From the NCBI GenBank assembly GCA_963709345.1, contig CAVPVX010000007.1, positions 576,001 through 640,000 of the forward strand: DNA of 64,000 nt, in the 5' to 3' direction. Source of the DNA: an uncultured Actinomycetes bacterium (GTDB taxonomy: Bacteria > Actinomycetota > Thermoleophilia > UBA2241). Each line of letters starts with the position of its first letter. The first letter of the stretch is position 1. Made by a program: the position numbers and the translations under genes. The notes below the pieces were generated by a model that was not told the DNA's origin, did not search any database, and saw only the letters and a program-made list of their open reading frames with translations. Shown here one piece after another: positions 1-9,475 of the stretch.

Positions 1-1
1 C

Positions 2-2758
2 CACAAGCTGCGCATCCCCACCGTCGCCACCGGCGACGTCCACTACACGGTCAAGGGCGACGCCGGCCTGCACGACGTGCTCGCCGCCGAAGCCGCCAAT
101 CAGCCGCTGCCCAACCCGCTGGGGCGCAAGAACGCCGAGCTCTATCTCAAGAGCCCGGCCCAGATGCGCCGCCTCTTCCAGCGCTACCCGGAAGCCTACG
201 CGAACGCCGCGCGCATCGCCGCGCGCTGCAACCTCGATCTCGGCCTCGGGCGGCTCCTCTTCCCCGCCTACCCGCTGCCGCCGGGCGAGACCGCTTTCTC
301 GCTGCTCTGGAAGCGCTGCTTCGAGGGAGCGGCCGAGCGCTACAAGCCGCTCACCGCCGAGGTCACGGCGCGACTCGAGCACGAGCTCAAGGTCGTCGAG
401 GAGCTCGGCTTCGCCGAGTACTTCCTCGCTGTACGCGACATCGTCGAGTTCGCCCGCGGCCGCGGCATCTACTACTCGGGCCGCGGCAGCGCCGGCAACA
501 GCATCGTCAGCTACGTGCTGCGCGTCACCGACGCCGACCCCATCGCGCACGAGCTGCTCTTCGAGCGCTTCCTCAACCCGGCGCGCCGCGAGATGCCGGA
601 CGTCGACATCGACTTCTGCTCGGCGCGCCGCGACGAGGTCATCCAGTACATCTACGAGCGCTTCGGCCACGACAAGGTCGCTATGGTCGCCACCGTGAGC
701 ACCGTACGCGCGCCCTCGGCGGTGCGCATCGCCAGCCGCGCCTTCGGCTTCACGCCGGACGAGATCAACGGCCTCTCCCGGCGCGTCCCGTGGGGCAGCG
801 CCGCCAAGCTCGGGGAGATGCTCGCCGAGCGCCCCGAGCTCGAGAACCACGAGTTCCAACACCCGCATTACCGCCGCCTCGTCGACGTCGCCGAGCGGCT
901 CGACGGCTTTCCGGCCCACCTCGGCACGCACCTCGGCGGATTCATCCTCTCGCGCGACCCGCTCACCGACCGCGTGCCGCTGCAGTGGGCGGCCAAGGGT
1001 GTCGTGGTGGCCCAATTCGACAAGGACGACGTCGAGACGCTGGGCCTCGTCAAGATGGACATCCTCGCCCTCAAGATGCACTCGGCCATCGCCGAGGCCG
1101 TGCGCCGCATCGAGGCGCGCACCGGCGAGCGCGTCAGCGCCTGGGAGCTCCCGCGCGACGACCCCAAGGTCTACGAGCTCATCAGGTCGGCGCGCACCGT
1201 CGGCCTGTTCCAGCTCGAGAGCTCGGGGCAGCGCAACCTGGCGACGCGACTGCAGGAGCGCGACTTCGAGGACGTCATCGCGGCCATCTCGCTCTTCCGC
1301 CCGGGGCCGCTGCAGGCCGACATGATCGCACCGTTCATCAGACGACGGCACGGCAAGGAGCCGGTCACCGTGCCGCACCCGGCCATGGAGCGCATCCTGC
1401 GGCGCACCTACGGGGTCATCGTCTACCAGGAGCAGGTCATCGAGGTGGCCTCGGCGGTCGCGGGCTTCAGCCTCGCCGAGGCCGACCTGCTCCGCCGCAC
1501 CATGACCCACGAGCGCTCCATGGAGGAGATGGACGCCATCGGCCGCAACTTCGTGGAGCAGGCGATGGCGCGCGGCGCCACGCAGGAGGTCGCCGACGAG
1601 GTCTTCCGCCAGCTCCGCGGGTTCGCCGCATACGGCTTCAACAAAGCGCACGCCGCCTGCTTCGCCATCGTCTGTAACGCCTCGGCCTGGCTCAAGGCGC
1701 ACTACCCGGCCGAGTTCTACGCCGGCATCCTCAACAACCAGCCCATGGGCTTCTACTCGCCGCGCGTGGTGCTCAACGACGCGCGTCGCTTCGGGCTGCG
1801 CGTGCTCCCGCTCGACGTCAACCTGAGCGGCGAGCGGTTCGAGGTCGAACGAGACGGGACCGCCCTGCGCGTCGGACTTGCCTGCGTCAAAGAGATGAGC
1901 GCGGCCGCGCGGCGGGCGATCGTCGCGGCGCGCGAAGACGGGCACGACAGCGAGCCCTCGGCCGGTCCGGTCCGGTCGTTCACTTCGCTCCCGGACTTCG
2001 TCGCGCGCACTCGCGTCAGCCGCGAGATCACCGAGAACCTCGCGCGGCTCGGCGCCTTCGACGCGCTCGGCGTACGCCGCGAAGAGCTGGTCGCGCAGGT
2101 GCCGCTGCTGTACGCCGGCGCCAGGCCGGCGAGGCGAGCGGCATCCGGCGCGATCGCGTCCGGCAGCCCGGCGGACGCCGGCGCCGGCCTCGACCAGCCG
2201 CGCCTCGCCCTCGACGAGCAGCTCGGGCCACTCACCTTTCTGCCGGACTGGTCCCCGCAGCGGCGGGTGAGCCTCGAGCTCGAGCTGCTCGGTCTCAACG
2301 TCAGCGCCCACCCCTTACGCTTCGTGCGCGACGAGGTCAAAGCCCTCGGAGTCACGCCCATGTCGCGCCTCCCCGAGGTGCTCCACGGCCGGCGCGTGCG
2401 CCTCGCCGGCGTGCTCGAGCGCGCCCAGATGCCCTGGGTCCGCAGCGGCCACCGCACCATGTTCCTCACCATCGAGGACGAGACCGAGCTGGGCCAGGTG
2501 GTCATCTTCAACGACGTCTACCTCAAGTACGGGCGCGTGCTCAAAGACGCGATCTACCTGCTGGTCGACGGCGAGCTGCAGAACGACGAGGAGCACGGAC
2601 TCGCGGTGGTCGCACACCGCATCACCGACCTCACCCGGGTGTTGGCCCGCAACGAAACACTGCCGCAGGGCGAGCGCCGCGCCGGCTCCGCCGGCCGGCC
2701 GCTCGCCCGTGAGCTCCCCGCCGTCGAGCCGCGCACGCGGCCGGGCCGCACCGGCTGA
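2..2758 (+). CDS. dnaE2: Error-prone DNA polymerase III alpha subunit (DnaE2-like), 5' end outside window
   Basis: Frame is open from base 2 (PHP motif VATGDVHY). Contains GRGSAGNS, PDVDIDF, QFDKDD, GFNKAHA and NNQPMGFYSP (DnaE2-type variants) and a C-terminal OB fold. Confidence 0.85.
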   Translation, partial: HKLRIPTVATGDVHYTVKGDAGLHDVLAAEAANQPLPNPLGRKNAELYLKSPAQMRRLFQRYPEAYANAARIAARCNLDLGLGRLLFPAYPLPPGETAFSLLWKRCFEGAAERYKPLTAEVTARLEHELKVVEELGFAEYFLAVRDIVEFARGRGIYYSGRGSAGNSIVSYVLRVTDADPIAHELLFERFLNPARREMPDVDIDFCSARRDEVIQYIYERFGHDKVAMVATVSTVRAPSAVRIASRAFGFTPDEINGLSRRVPWGSAAKLGEMLAERPELENHEFQHPHYRRLVDVAERLDGFPAHLGTHLGGFILSRDPLTDRVPLQWAAKGVVVAQFDKDDVETLGLVKMDILALKMHSAIAEAVRRIEARTGERVSAWELPRDDPKVYELIRSARTVGLFQLESSGQRNLATRLQERDFEDVIAAISLFRPGPLQADMIAPFIRRRHGKEPVTVPHPAMERILRRTYGVIVYQEQVIEVASAVAGFSLAEADLLRRTMTHERSMEEMDAIGRNFVEQAMARGATQEVADEVFRQLRGFAAYGFNKAHAACFAIVCNASAWLKAHYPAEFYAGILNNQPMGFYSPRVVLNDARRFGLRVLPLDVNLSGERFEVERDGTALRVGLACVKEMSAAARRAIVAAREDGHDSEPSAGPVRSFTSLPDFVARTRVSREITENLARLGAFDALGVRREELVAQVPLLYAGARPARRAASGAIASGSPADAGAGLDQPRLALDEQLGPLTFLPDWSPQRRVSLELELLGLNVSAHPLRFVRDEVKALGVTPMSRLPEVLHGRRVRLAGVLERAQMPWVRSGHRTMFLTIEDETELGQVVIFNDVYLKYGRVLKDAIYLLVDGELQNDEEHGLAVVAHRITDLTRVLARNETLPQGERRAGSAGRPLARELPAVEPRTRPGRTG

Positions 2759-2814
2759 CGCCCGCCGGCCGACGACGGCCGGCCGCATCTCCGGAGCCGG
2801 CGGCCGCCCGGCCG

Positions 2815-4623
2815 TCAGAACACGGCCACCTCGATCAGGACCTCGTCCCCTGGGCGGGCGCGGGCGCCGGCGGCCGGATCCTGCGCCACGACGTCGCCGG
2901 GAAACACGCCCCAGCCGAGCACGAGGTCGGTCTGGACGATGAACCCCTCCTCCTCGAGCAAGGCGGAGGCCTCGCCCTGCGACAGACCCACGACGTCCGG
3001 CACCGCGACCTCCGGCGGGCCGCTGCTCACCCAGAACGTGACGGTGTCGCCACGCTCGACCGTTGCGCCCGCAGCCGGCTTCTGCTTGAAGATCTCCCCC
3101 TTCGGCGCCGATTCCGAAGCGGCGCGACGACTCCGGCCGTTCAGAGATGCGGCCTCCAGGCGCTCACGCGCCACGCTCGCGGCCAGGCCCCCCAGATCCG
3201 GCGCCGGGATGTGCAGCGGGCCGCGACTCACCCAGAGGTCCACCTTGACGCCGTCCTCGACGGCGGTCCCGCCACGCGGCTTCTGGCGGACCACCGCGCC
3301 GGTCGCGTGCTTGTCCGACCAGACGAAGTGGACCGCGGGGCGGAGTCCCTCGTCGCGGACCGCGGCGGCAGCCTCGGCACGATCCACGCCGACCACCACC
3401 GGAACGGTCGGCCCGGCCGCCAGCACGATCACGTACACCACGGCGGCCAGCGCGGCGAGCGCGCCGGCGGCGAGCGCCGTCAGGAGCAGCCGGCGCATGC
3501 GGCGCCGGCGTGGACGCCCGGCCTCCGCCGTCCCGGCCGGGACGCGATAGCGCGTCGGCGCCTCAGACGCGAGTCGCGTGGAGCCCCCGGCGGCCTCCGC
3601 CGAGGCGGCGAGCGCCGTTGCGGCCCGGCTCGGCTCGGCGGCCGGTCCTTCGCCCGGTCCGGCCGGCGCGTCCCCGGCCGATGCGGGCGCCTGCAGGTGC
3701 GGCGCCGGAGACGGCGGAGCGACGACGGCGCCGGCGCGTACCCGGCGAAGCGCCTCGGCGAACTCCGCGGCCGTCTGGTACCGGTCCGCCGGATCCTTGC
3801 TCAGCGCCTGCATGACGGCGGCGGCCAGCGCCTCGGACACGGCCGGCGAGAGCGACCGCGGGTTCGGCGGCGCCGCGGAGACGTGCTGCATGGCCACGAC
3901 GACGTCCGTCTCCCCGCGGAACGGCACCCGGCCCGTCAACATCTCGAACAGGACGACCCCGAGGCTGTACACGTCGGAGCGCTCGTCGGCCGTCCTGCCC
4001 TGCGCCTGTTCCGGAGACAGATACGACGACGTGCCGAGCATCACCCCCGTGCGCGTGAGCGCCGATGCGCCGACCCGGGCGATGCCGAAGTCGGCGACCT
4101 TGACGCGGCCGTTCGCCTCCAGGAGAACGTTGTACGCGGTGACGTCACGATGCACGATCTCGCGCTCATGCGCAGCGCCCAGCGCCGCGAGAACGGCGAG
4201 CGCTATCGCGAGCGCGTCGTTCGGCGCCAGGGCGCCGTCACGCCGCAGGCGCTCCTTGAGCGACTCGCCGCACACGTACTCCATGGCGATGTACGCGGTG
4301 CCGGCGACGCTGCCGCGGTCGTAGACCGCGACGATGTTGGGATGATTGAGGCTCGCGGCCGCCCGCGCCTCGATGCGGAACCGCTCCACGAACTCGGCGT
4401 CCGCGGCGAGGCTCTTCTTGAGCACCTTGACGGCGACGCGGCGACCCAGAGTCTCGTCCTCGGCGAGGTAGACGTCAGCCATGCCGCCGCTGCCCAGCCG
4501 CGAAATGACGCGGTAGCGGCCGTCGAGGAGCCCGCGCCGGGAGCCGGCGCTTCGGCTGTCGTCGGTGCCTGCGCCTTCGCTCTGATCGGGAGCGGCGCCT
4601 CGGCCACGGTCGTGATCGTTCAT
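2815..4623 (-). CDS. Membrane Ser/Thr protein kinase with C-terminal PASTA repeats (PknB/Stk1-like)
   Basis: LGSGGMADVY, VAVK, HRD, DFGIAR and SPEQ motifs, an Ala/Pro linker, a TM helix and three PASTA-like repeats. Start placed at MNDHD. Confidence 0.9.
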   Translation of the reverse strand: MNDHDRGRGAAPDQSEGAGTDDSRSAGSRRGLLDGRYRVISRLGSGGMADVYLAEDETLGRRVAVKVLKKSLAADAEFVERFRIEARAAASLNHPNIVAVYDRGSVAGTAYIAMEYVCGESLKERLRRDGALAPNDALAIALAVLAALGAAHEREIVHRDVTAYNVLLEANGRVKVADFGIARVGASALTRTGVMLGTSSYLSPEQAQGRTADERSDVYSLGVVLFEMLTGRVPFRGETDVVVAMQHVSAAPPNPRSLSPAVSEALAAAVMQALSKDPADRYQTAAEFAEALRRVRAGAVVAPPSPAPHLQAPASAGDAPAGPGEGPAAEPSRAATALAASAEAAGGSTRLASEAPTRYRVPAGTAEAGRPRRRRMRRLLLTALAAGALAALAAVVYVIVLAAGPTVPVVVGVDRAEAAAAVRDEGLRPAVHFVWSDKHATGAVVRQKPRGGTAVEDGVKVDLWVSRGPLHIPAPDLGGLAASVARERLEAASLNGRSRRAASESAPKGEIFKQKPAAGATVERGDTVTFWVSSGPPEVAVPDVVGLSQGEASALLEEEGFIVQTDLVLGWGVFPGDVVAQDPAAGARARPGDEVLIEVAVF

Positions 4624-4855
4624 CGGAACATCCGGCTCGGTCGCTGCTCGGGACGGCGCCGGCAGGCGCCGGCGAGGGGACGACGAGGAGACGCGGCGGC
4701 CTCGGGCCGGGATCGCGACGCCCGCCGCTCCAGTCCGGCAGGCTCGCGGCACGCCCGCCATGGAGCGCCAACGAGTGTAAACGACGGCGCGAGCCCTGTC
4801 GCCCGGCGGCGCCCAGCGCCGCCGGCTCCGGGGAGCGCCGCCGGCCGTGGAGTGC

Positions 4856-6481
4856 TCAGTCCGCCTGCCGTTCGACGAGCAACTGCAGCGCCTCGATCTC
4901 GTCCTTCTCAAACCAGAAGAGGTCGCAGATGCTGCAATAGTCGACCTCGACGGCGTGCTCGTAGCTGTAGTGGCGGCGCATCATCAGCTTCGCGCAGCGC
5001 GGGCATGGGACGAGCGGCACCTCGTAGCGACCGCGCGCGGCGAGCGCGGCCTGCCGCAGCTGGTCGCCGCTCGCCGTCAGCCAGTCGGCCAGCCGACGCT
5101 GGTCGTCGGTGAAGGCGATCTCGCGACGCGCAAGCAGCTTGCCGACCTGCGCGGTCCCGACGAGGCGGCCGCCGCAGGTGGAGCAGACGATGACCTGAAG
5201 ACCTTCGTACGACGCCGTGACCAGGCCGGCGCCGCAGCTCGGGCATCCCCTGACGCCCGCCGGCGCACGGGAGACGGACGGCGGGTGGGATCCGGACGCC
5301 GCCGGAGCGCTTTGCGCCCGGGGCACGCCGCCCGGCACCCGAGCGGCGGGCGTAGCGGCCGTCGCGCTCGCGGCGCCGGGCACGATGGGAACGATGTGGC
5401 GCCCGGCCCCACCGGCGACGGGGCCTGGCGACCAGTGCTCGCGCCGCGAGAATGTCGTGGCCGCCTGCTCCGCCTGGCGCTCGAAGTCGTCCGGAGGGAC
5501 GTTGGCCAGCGTCAGCAGCGCCGCGACACGCTCGGCCAGAGGCGGATGCGTGTCGTGCCACGACCCCGCCAACCACCCTCGGCGACCACCGGTGGCTGTT
5601 ATGCAGAGCGGCGCCAGGCCTTCCGGGATGTAGCCGGCGCCTCCGGGATGCCTGCCGATGATTCGGAGCGCTTCGGCAAGACTGAGTGGATCGCGCGTGT
5701 ACCGCGCCGCCGCGAGGTCGGCCTGACGCTCACGTTCGCGGCTGAGGGCGGCGTTCGTCACCGACGAGGCGAGCTGCAGCGCCCACAACCACCCGCGCAG
5801 CGTCACGGCGGCCACCACCAGTGGCACGCCGCGCATCCCGACACCGGCGTATGCGGCCTCCTCGAGCCGGTCGGACAGCGCCGAGTAGACGCCGAAGAGC
5901 AGGCAGGAGACCGTTACGGTGACGTAGCTGCCCGACAGCACGTGCGCGAACTCGTGGGCCACCACGGCCGTGAGTTGCTGCCGCGAGAGCCGCGCCAGCG
6001 CCCCCTCCGTCACCCCGATCACACCGCCGCCGTGCAGGTCGCTGAACGCGAAGGCGTTGAGCCCGATCGTGCGCACCGTGAAGCACTCGATCCGCGGCGC
6101 GCCGGTGGCGATGCGCATCTCCTCCACGATGTTGGCGAGCCGCTCGTGGTAGCGGTCGCCGCGGTCGAGCGGCCGGCAGTGCATCGCCCTGATCAGGCGG
6201 TCGCGGGCGCCGATCTGCGCGGCGCCCCAGTAGAGCAGCGCGACGACCAGCGCGACGGCGAGAATGGCGCCGACACCGCGCAGGGTGAACACCCAGGTGA
6301 ACGTGTCGATGATCGGGAAGCTCGCGTACAGACTCAGCGAGACGATGAGGCAGGCCACCCACGCCGCGGCGAAGACCATCCCCAGAAGGAGCGCGAACAG
6401 CAGCCAGATGCGCCAGCGCTTCTCGCGCTCGATCTCGAACAGACTGCGCCTCGTCCCCGCCGTCACGCGTGCCCGAGCCAC
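4856..6481 (-). CDS. M48 (HtpX-like) membrane metalloprotease fused to two C-terminal zinc-ribbon (zf-TFIIB-like) domains
   Basis: NAFA, HEFAH (HEXXH), SRERERQAD and THPP motifs. C-terminus has CPSC..CSTC and CPRC..CSIC. AGGAG RBS 6 nt upstream of GTG. Confidence 0.85.
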   Translation of the reverse strand: MARARVTAGTRRSLFEIEREKRWRIWLLFALLLGMVFAAAWVACLIVSLSLYASFPIIDTFTWVFTLRGVGAILAVALVVALLYWGAAQIGARDRLIRAMHCRPLDRGDRYHERLANIVEEMRIATGAPRIECFTVRTIGLNAFAFSDLHGGGVIGVTEGALARLSRQQLTAVVAHEFAHVLSGSYVTVTVSCLLFGVYSALSDRLEEAAYAGVGMRGVPLVVAAVTLRGWLWALQLASSVTNAALSRERERQADLAAARYTRDPLSLAEALRIIGRHPGGAGYIPEGLAPLCITATGGRRGWLAGSWHDTHPPLAERVAALLTLANVPPDDFERQAEQAATTFSRREHWSPGPVAGGAGRHIVPIVPGAASATAATPAARVPGGVPRAQSAPAASGSHPPSVSRAPAGVRGCPSCGAGLVTASYEGLQVIVCSTCGGRLVGTAQVGKLLARREIAFTDDQRRLADWLTASGDQLRQAALAARGRYEVPLVPCPRCAKLMMRRHYSYEHAVEVDYCSICDLFWFEKDEIEALQLLVERQAD

Positions 6482-6567
6482 CCGCCGCTCCTCACTCCCG
6501 TGAGCCCTTCACACTGCTTAACACTGTGGTAGTGGTTTCAACCGTCGTGCTAGTGGCAATATACCTT

Positions 6568-6715
6568 CTGCGCGGCGGAGTCCCCCCTCCACACACCCTC
6601 CCCGCGCAGGGTACCTCCAGGTACCACCCCATGGCTCCTTTCACAAGCCCCTCTCCCCGAGGGGCTGCCCGGAAACGGGCGCACGAAGGCGACGCGCAAG
6701 CGTCGCCTTCGTGCG
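6568..6715 (+). ncRNA. Candidate structured small RNA with C-rich loops
   Basis: Five consecutive hairpins in an intergenic region, including GAAA- and GCAA-capped stems (GNRA on + strand) and a perfect 16-bp final stem. Confidence 0.4.
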
Positions 6716-6737
6716 TACGACCCCGTGGCCGTGGATC

Positions 6738-7445
6738 TCAAGCGACGGGCAGAAGCCCGCACGCGAGCAGGAAGTTCTTCGTGATATGCCGGCAGAACGC
6801 CGGGTAGGCCGGGAGCCGCCGCTCCGTCTCCGCGCGCAGCTCCCGGGCGAACTCCACCCCGAAGTGCTTGTACTCGCTCAGAGCATCGCGGACCCAGTGC
6901 GGCGCCATCGCTTCGTCGACCTCGGGGTGGAACTGCGTGGCCCATGCCTTGCCCCCGGCGCGGAACACCTGGACGCCGTCCCCGCACGTGGCGACGAGGT
7001 GGGACGTGGACGGCACGCGGCACGAGTATTCGTGCCAGTTGAACGCGACGAACGGCGAGGAGATGCCGCGCAGGAGCGGATCCTCGGCGACCTTCTCGAT
7101 CGTGACCCAGCCCACCTCAGGATGCGTGCGCCTGTACACGTCGCCCCCCGCCGCAAGGGTGAGCAACTGCGCGCCGAGGCAGATGCCCCAGACGGGCCCG
7201 CCCTCGTGCACGATGTGGCGCATGAGCTTGATCTCGTCGGCGAGGAAGGGGTACGTGCGCGTGTCGGTGACGTGCATGGCGCCGCCAAGGCTGATGAGCC
7301 CCGACATCTCGTGCGGCCACTGCGGGAGGGCGTCGCCTTCGTGAAGGCGACGCACCTCGAAGGGGACGCCGAGGTCGGTGAGCGCCACGCCGACGCTGCC
7401 GGGAGGGTCGTCGGTCTCGTGCTGAACGATGATCAGAGGCTTCAT
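6738..7445 (-). CDS. Type 1 glutamine amidotransferase (class I GATase-like)
   Basis: GICLGAQ nucleophile elbow and QFHPE. AGGAG RBS before MKPLII. Confidence 0.88.
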   Translation of the reverse strand: MKPLIIVQHETDDPPGSVGVALTDLGVPFEVRRLHEGDALPQWPHEMSGLISLGGAMHVTDTRTYPFLADEIKLMRHIVHEGGPVWGICLGAQLLTLAAGGDVYRRTHPEVGWVTIEKVAEDPLLRGISSPFVAFNWHEYSCRVPSTSHLVATCGDGVQVFRAGGKAWATQFHPEVDEAMAPHWVRDALSEYKHFGVEFARELRAETERRLPAYPAFCRHITKNFLLACGLLPVA

Positions 7446-7561
7446 CTGGGCTCCTGTCCGCTGCTCTGAGTATACCCGAGGCCGGGCCGGCGACGGTGTC
7501 GGGGCTTCACGTCGCGCCCGCGCCTTGCCCGACCGGACGCCCATCTGCGAGACTGGGCATC

Positions 7562-8431
7562 ATGAGCGGCTCGATCCCCACCCACGGCGGCGCCGACCCG
7601 CACACCGCGGCGCCCATCGTCGAGGTGGTCTCCGCCGGCAACGAAGTACTCATCGGCGACGTGCTCGACACCAACACCAACTGGCTGTGCACGCGCGTCA
7701 CCGGCCTCGGCGGCCTCGTGCGCCGCACGGTGATGGCGCGCGACGACATCGAGGCGATCGCCGCCGAGATCCGCGGCTGCATCGACCGGCGGCCGGCCCT
7801 CGTCTTCACCGTGGGCGGCCTTGGTCCCACGAGCGACGACCGCACGCTCCAGGGCGTCGCGCTCGGTCTCGGCGTGGGACTCGTACTGCACCCCGAGGCG
7901 GAGCGCCTCGTGGCCGAGAAGTACGCCGAGTTCCACGCTCGCGGCTTCGTCCCCTTCGCCGGGATGAACGAGAGCCGCCGCAAGATGGCGCGGCTGCCGG
8001 CCGGGGCGGAACCGATCGTGAACCCGATCGGCGGCGCCCCGGCCGTCCTCTGCCGCGCCGGCGAGACGCGCTTCGTGTCGCTGCCCGGCGTGCCCGGCGA
8101 GCTCATGGCGATCGTCGACGAAACGCTCGGCGGCGTGCTCGCCGAGGTGTTCGGAGCAGCGTACTACGAGGAGCGCTCGCTCGAGGTGGAACTCCAGGAC
8201 GAGTCGGCGATCGCGGACATCCTCCTCGCCGCCGAGGAGGCGCACCCGTCCGTCTACGTGAAGTCCCGCGCGAAGGTCCTCGGGAGCACGAGCGTCATCC
8301 GCGTCACGCTGAGCGCGCGCGGACGAAGTGACACCGTCGTCGCCGAGCTCCTCGCGCCGGCGGCGGAGCAGCTGCTCGCGCAGGTCGCCGCCGCCGGTTA
8401 CTGCATCAAGGCCGTCGCCGCCTCGCCCTGA
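7562..8431 (+). CDS. CinA N-terminal / molybdopterin-binding (MoCF) domain protein
   Basis: GNEVLIGDVLDTN, GGLGPTSDD and LPGVPGE. No C-terminal PncC domain is visible. Confidence 0.85.
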   Translation: MSGSIPTHGGADPHTAAPIVEVVSAGNEVLIGDVLDTNTNWLCTRVTGLGGLVRRTVMARDDIEAIAAEIRGCIDRRPALVFTVGGLGPTSDDRTLQGVALGLGVGLVLHPEAERLVAEKYAEFHARGFVPFAGMNESRRKMARLPAGAEPIVNPIGGAPAVLCRAGETRFVSLPGVPGELMAIVDETLGGVLAEVFGAAYYEERSLEVELQDESAIADILLAAEEAHPSVYVKSRAKVLGSTSVIRVTLSARGRSDTVVAELLAPAAEQLLAQVAAAGYCIKAVAASP

Positions 8432-8514
8432 GGGCCTCCGCCTGAGACAGACGCTGCGGCCGTCCCGGGCGCTGCTGAGGCGGCTCGGCGCCCGTCTCCC
8501 GCGCCGGACCCCGC

Positions 8515-9279
8515 TCAGCTCGGCGTCGTCGTGAGCGTCGTGATGTCGATGCGGTTGGCGGGGTCGATGGTGCGGTAGTACCAGTTGCCGCTCGCCGCAT
8601 CGTAGACGAGGTTCCAGTTGAGCTGGTTCGTCAGTACGCGGACCTGCCCCAGCGACTCGGTGACGGTCATGACGTAGCCGGCCGACGGACGCCCCTGCAG
8701 CGTCGCGCCGACCGGCTTGTAGAGGACGCGGTCGATGGGCTCCGAGTACTCCGCCGGGTCCAGCCCGAGATCGGTGTAGCAGTAAGGCGCCCACACGCGA
8801 GGCCACCTGCCGTCGGTGGCGCAGTAGTCGCGCATGAGCGCGATGAGGTCGCCGCTCACGGTGGCGAAGCCGGAGGAGGGAGACGCGGGATCGCCCGGGA
8901 TCGCGAAACCGCCGTCGCTCAGCCGGCCGATGAGGCAGTACGCCGGCGCCGCCGCGACGTAGCTGGAGGAGCCGGGGCTCGCCGCCGCCGAGTACTCCAT
9001 GAGTCCTGCGCCGAACGGATCGCGTGGCCACACGTCGACGTAGGTGCCCCTCAGGACGTCGAGGCTGCCTCTGGGCGGGTACGTGTCGTCGTCGACCGCG
9101 TAGGTCCTCACCCCGACCCGGATGGCATGGACGCCCTCCTTGACGGCGGCGTCCTTGGCCTTGTCTCTCTGCGTGAGGTACATGGGTGTCGCGATCGCCG
9201 CGAGAATCCCCACGACGATGACGACGATGAACATCTCGATGAGAGTGAAGCCGTCTCGCCGTCTCGCCGCTCTCGACAT
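8515..9279 (-). CDS. Type IV pilin / type II secretion pseudopilin-like protein
   Basis: Class III signal peptide RRRDG|FTLIEMFIVVIVVGILAAIA with E at +5. Confidence 0.85.
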   Translation of the reverse strand: MSRAARRRDGFTLIEMFIVVIVVGILAAIATPMYLTQRDKAKDAAVKEGVHAIRVGVRTYAVDDDTYPPRGSLDVLRGTYVDVWPRDPFGAGLMEYSAAASPGSSSYVAAAPAYCLIGRLSDGGFAIPGDPASPSSGFATVSGDLIALMRDYCATDGRWPRVWAPYCYTDLGLDPAEYSEPIDRVLYKPVGATLQGRPSAGYVMTVTESLGQVRVLTNQLNWNLVYDAASGNWYYRTIDPANRIDITTLTTTPS

Positions 9280-9475
9280 CACCTCCCCCCCATGGTCCTG
9301 GGTCTTCAAGCCTCCTGGACCAGGCATCGACAGATGACCGGCCTTCTTGCCGGCCCGACTGTCTGGGGCGACGTACCCGGCCGCAACGGGAAGGCCGGCG
9401 GGTGACCGGGCGTGCCGGGCGCCGAGTCGCCCGGGCGCGTCGGAGCGCCGGGCCCCAACCGCGCCGGGGCGCCCG

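Noticed and set aside
6518-6560. Possible NrdR boxes (repeated TAGTGG)
   Set aside because: The match to the NrdR palindrome is poor and no nucleotide reductase genes are adjacent.
6492-6632. 46-aa minus-strand ORF (MGWYLEVPC...) upstream of the htpX-like gene
   Set aside because: AAGGAG is only 2 nt from the ATG and codon usage is atypical. The region is better explained as structured RNA or promoter.
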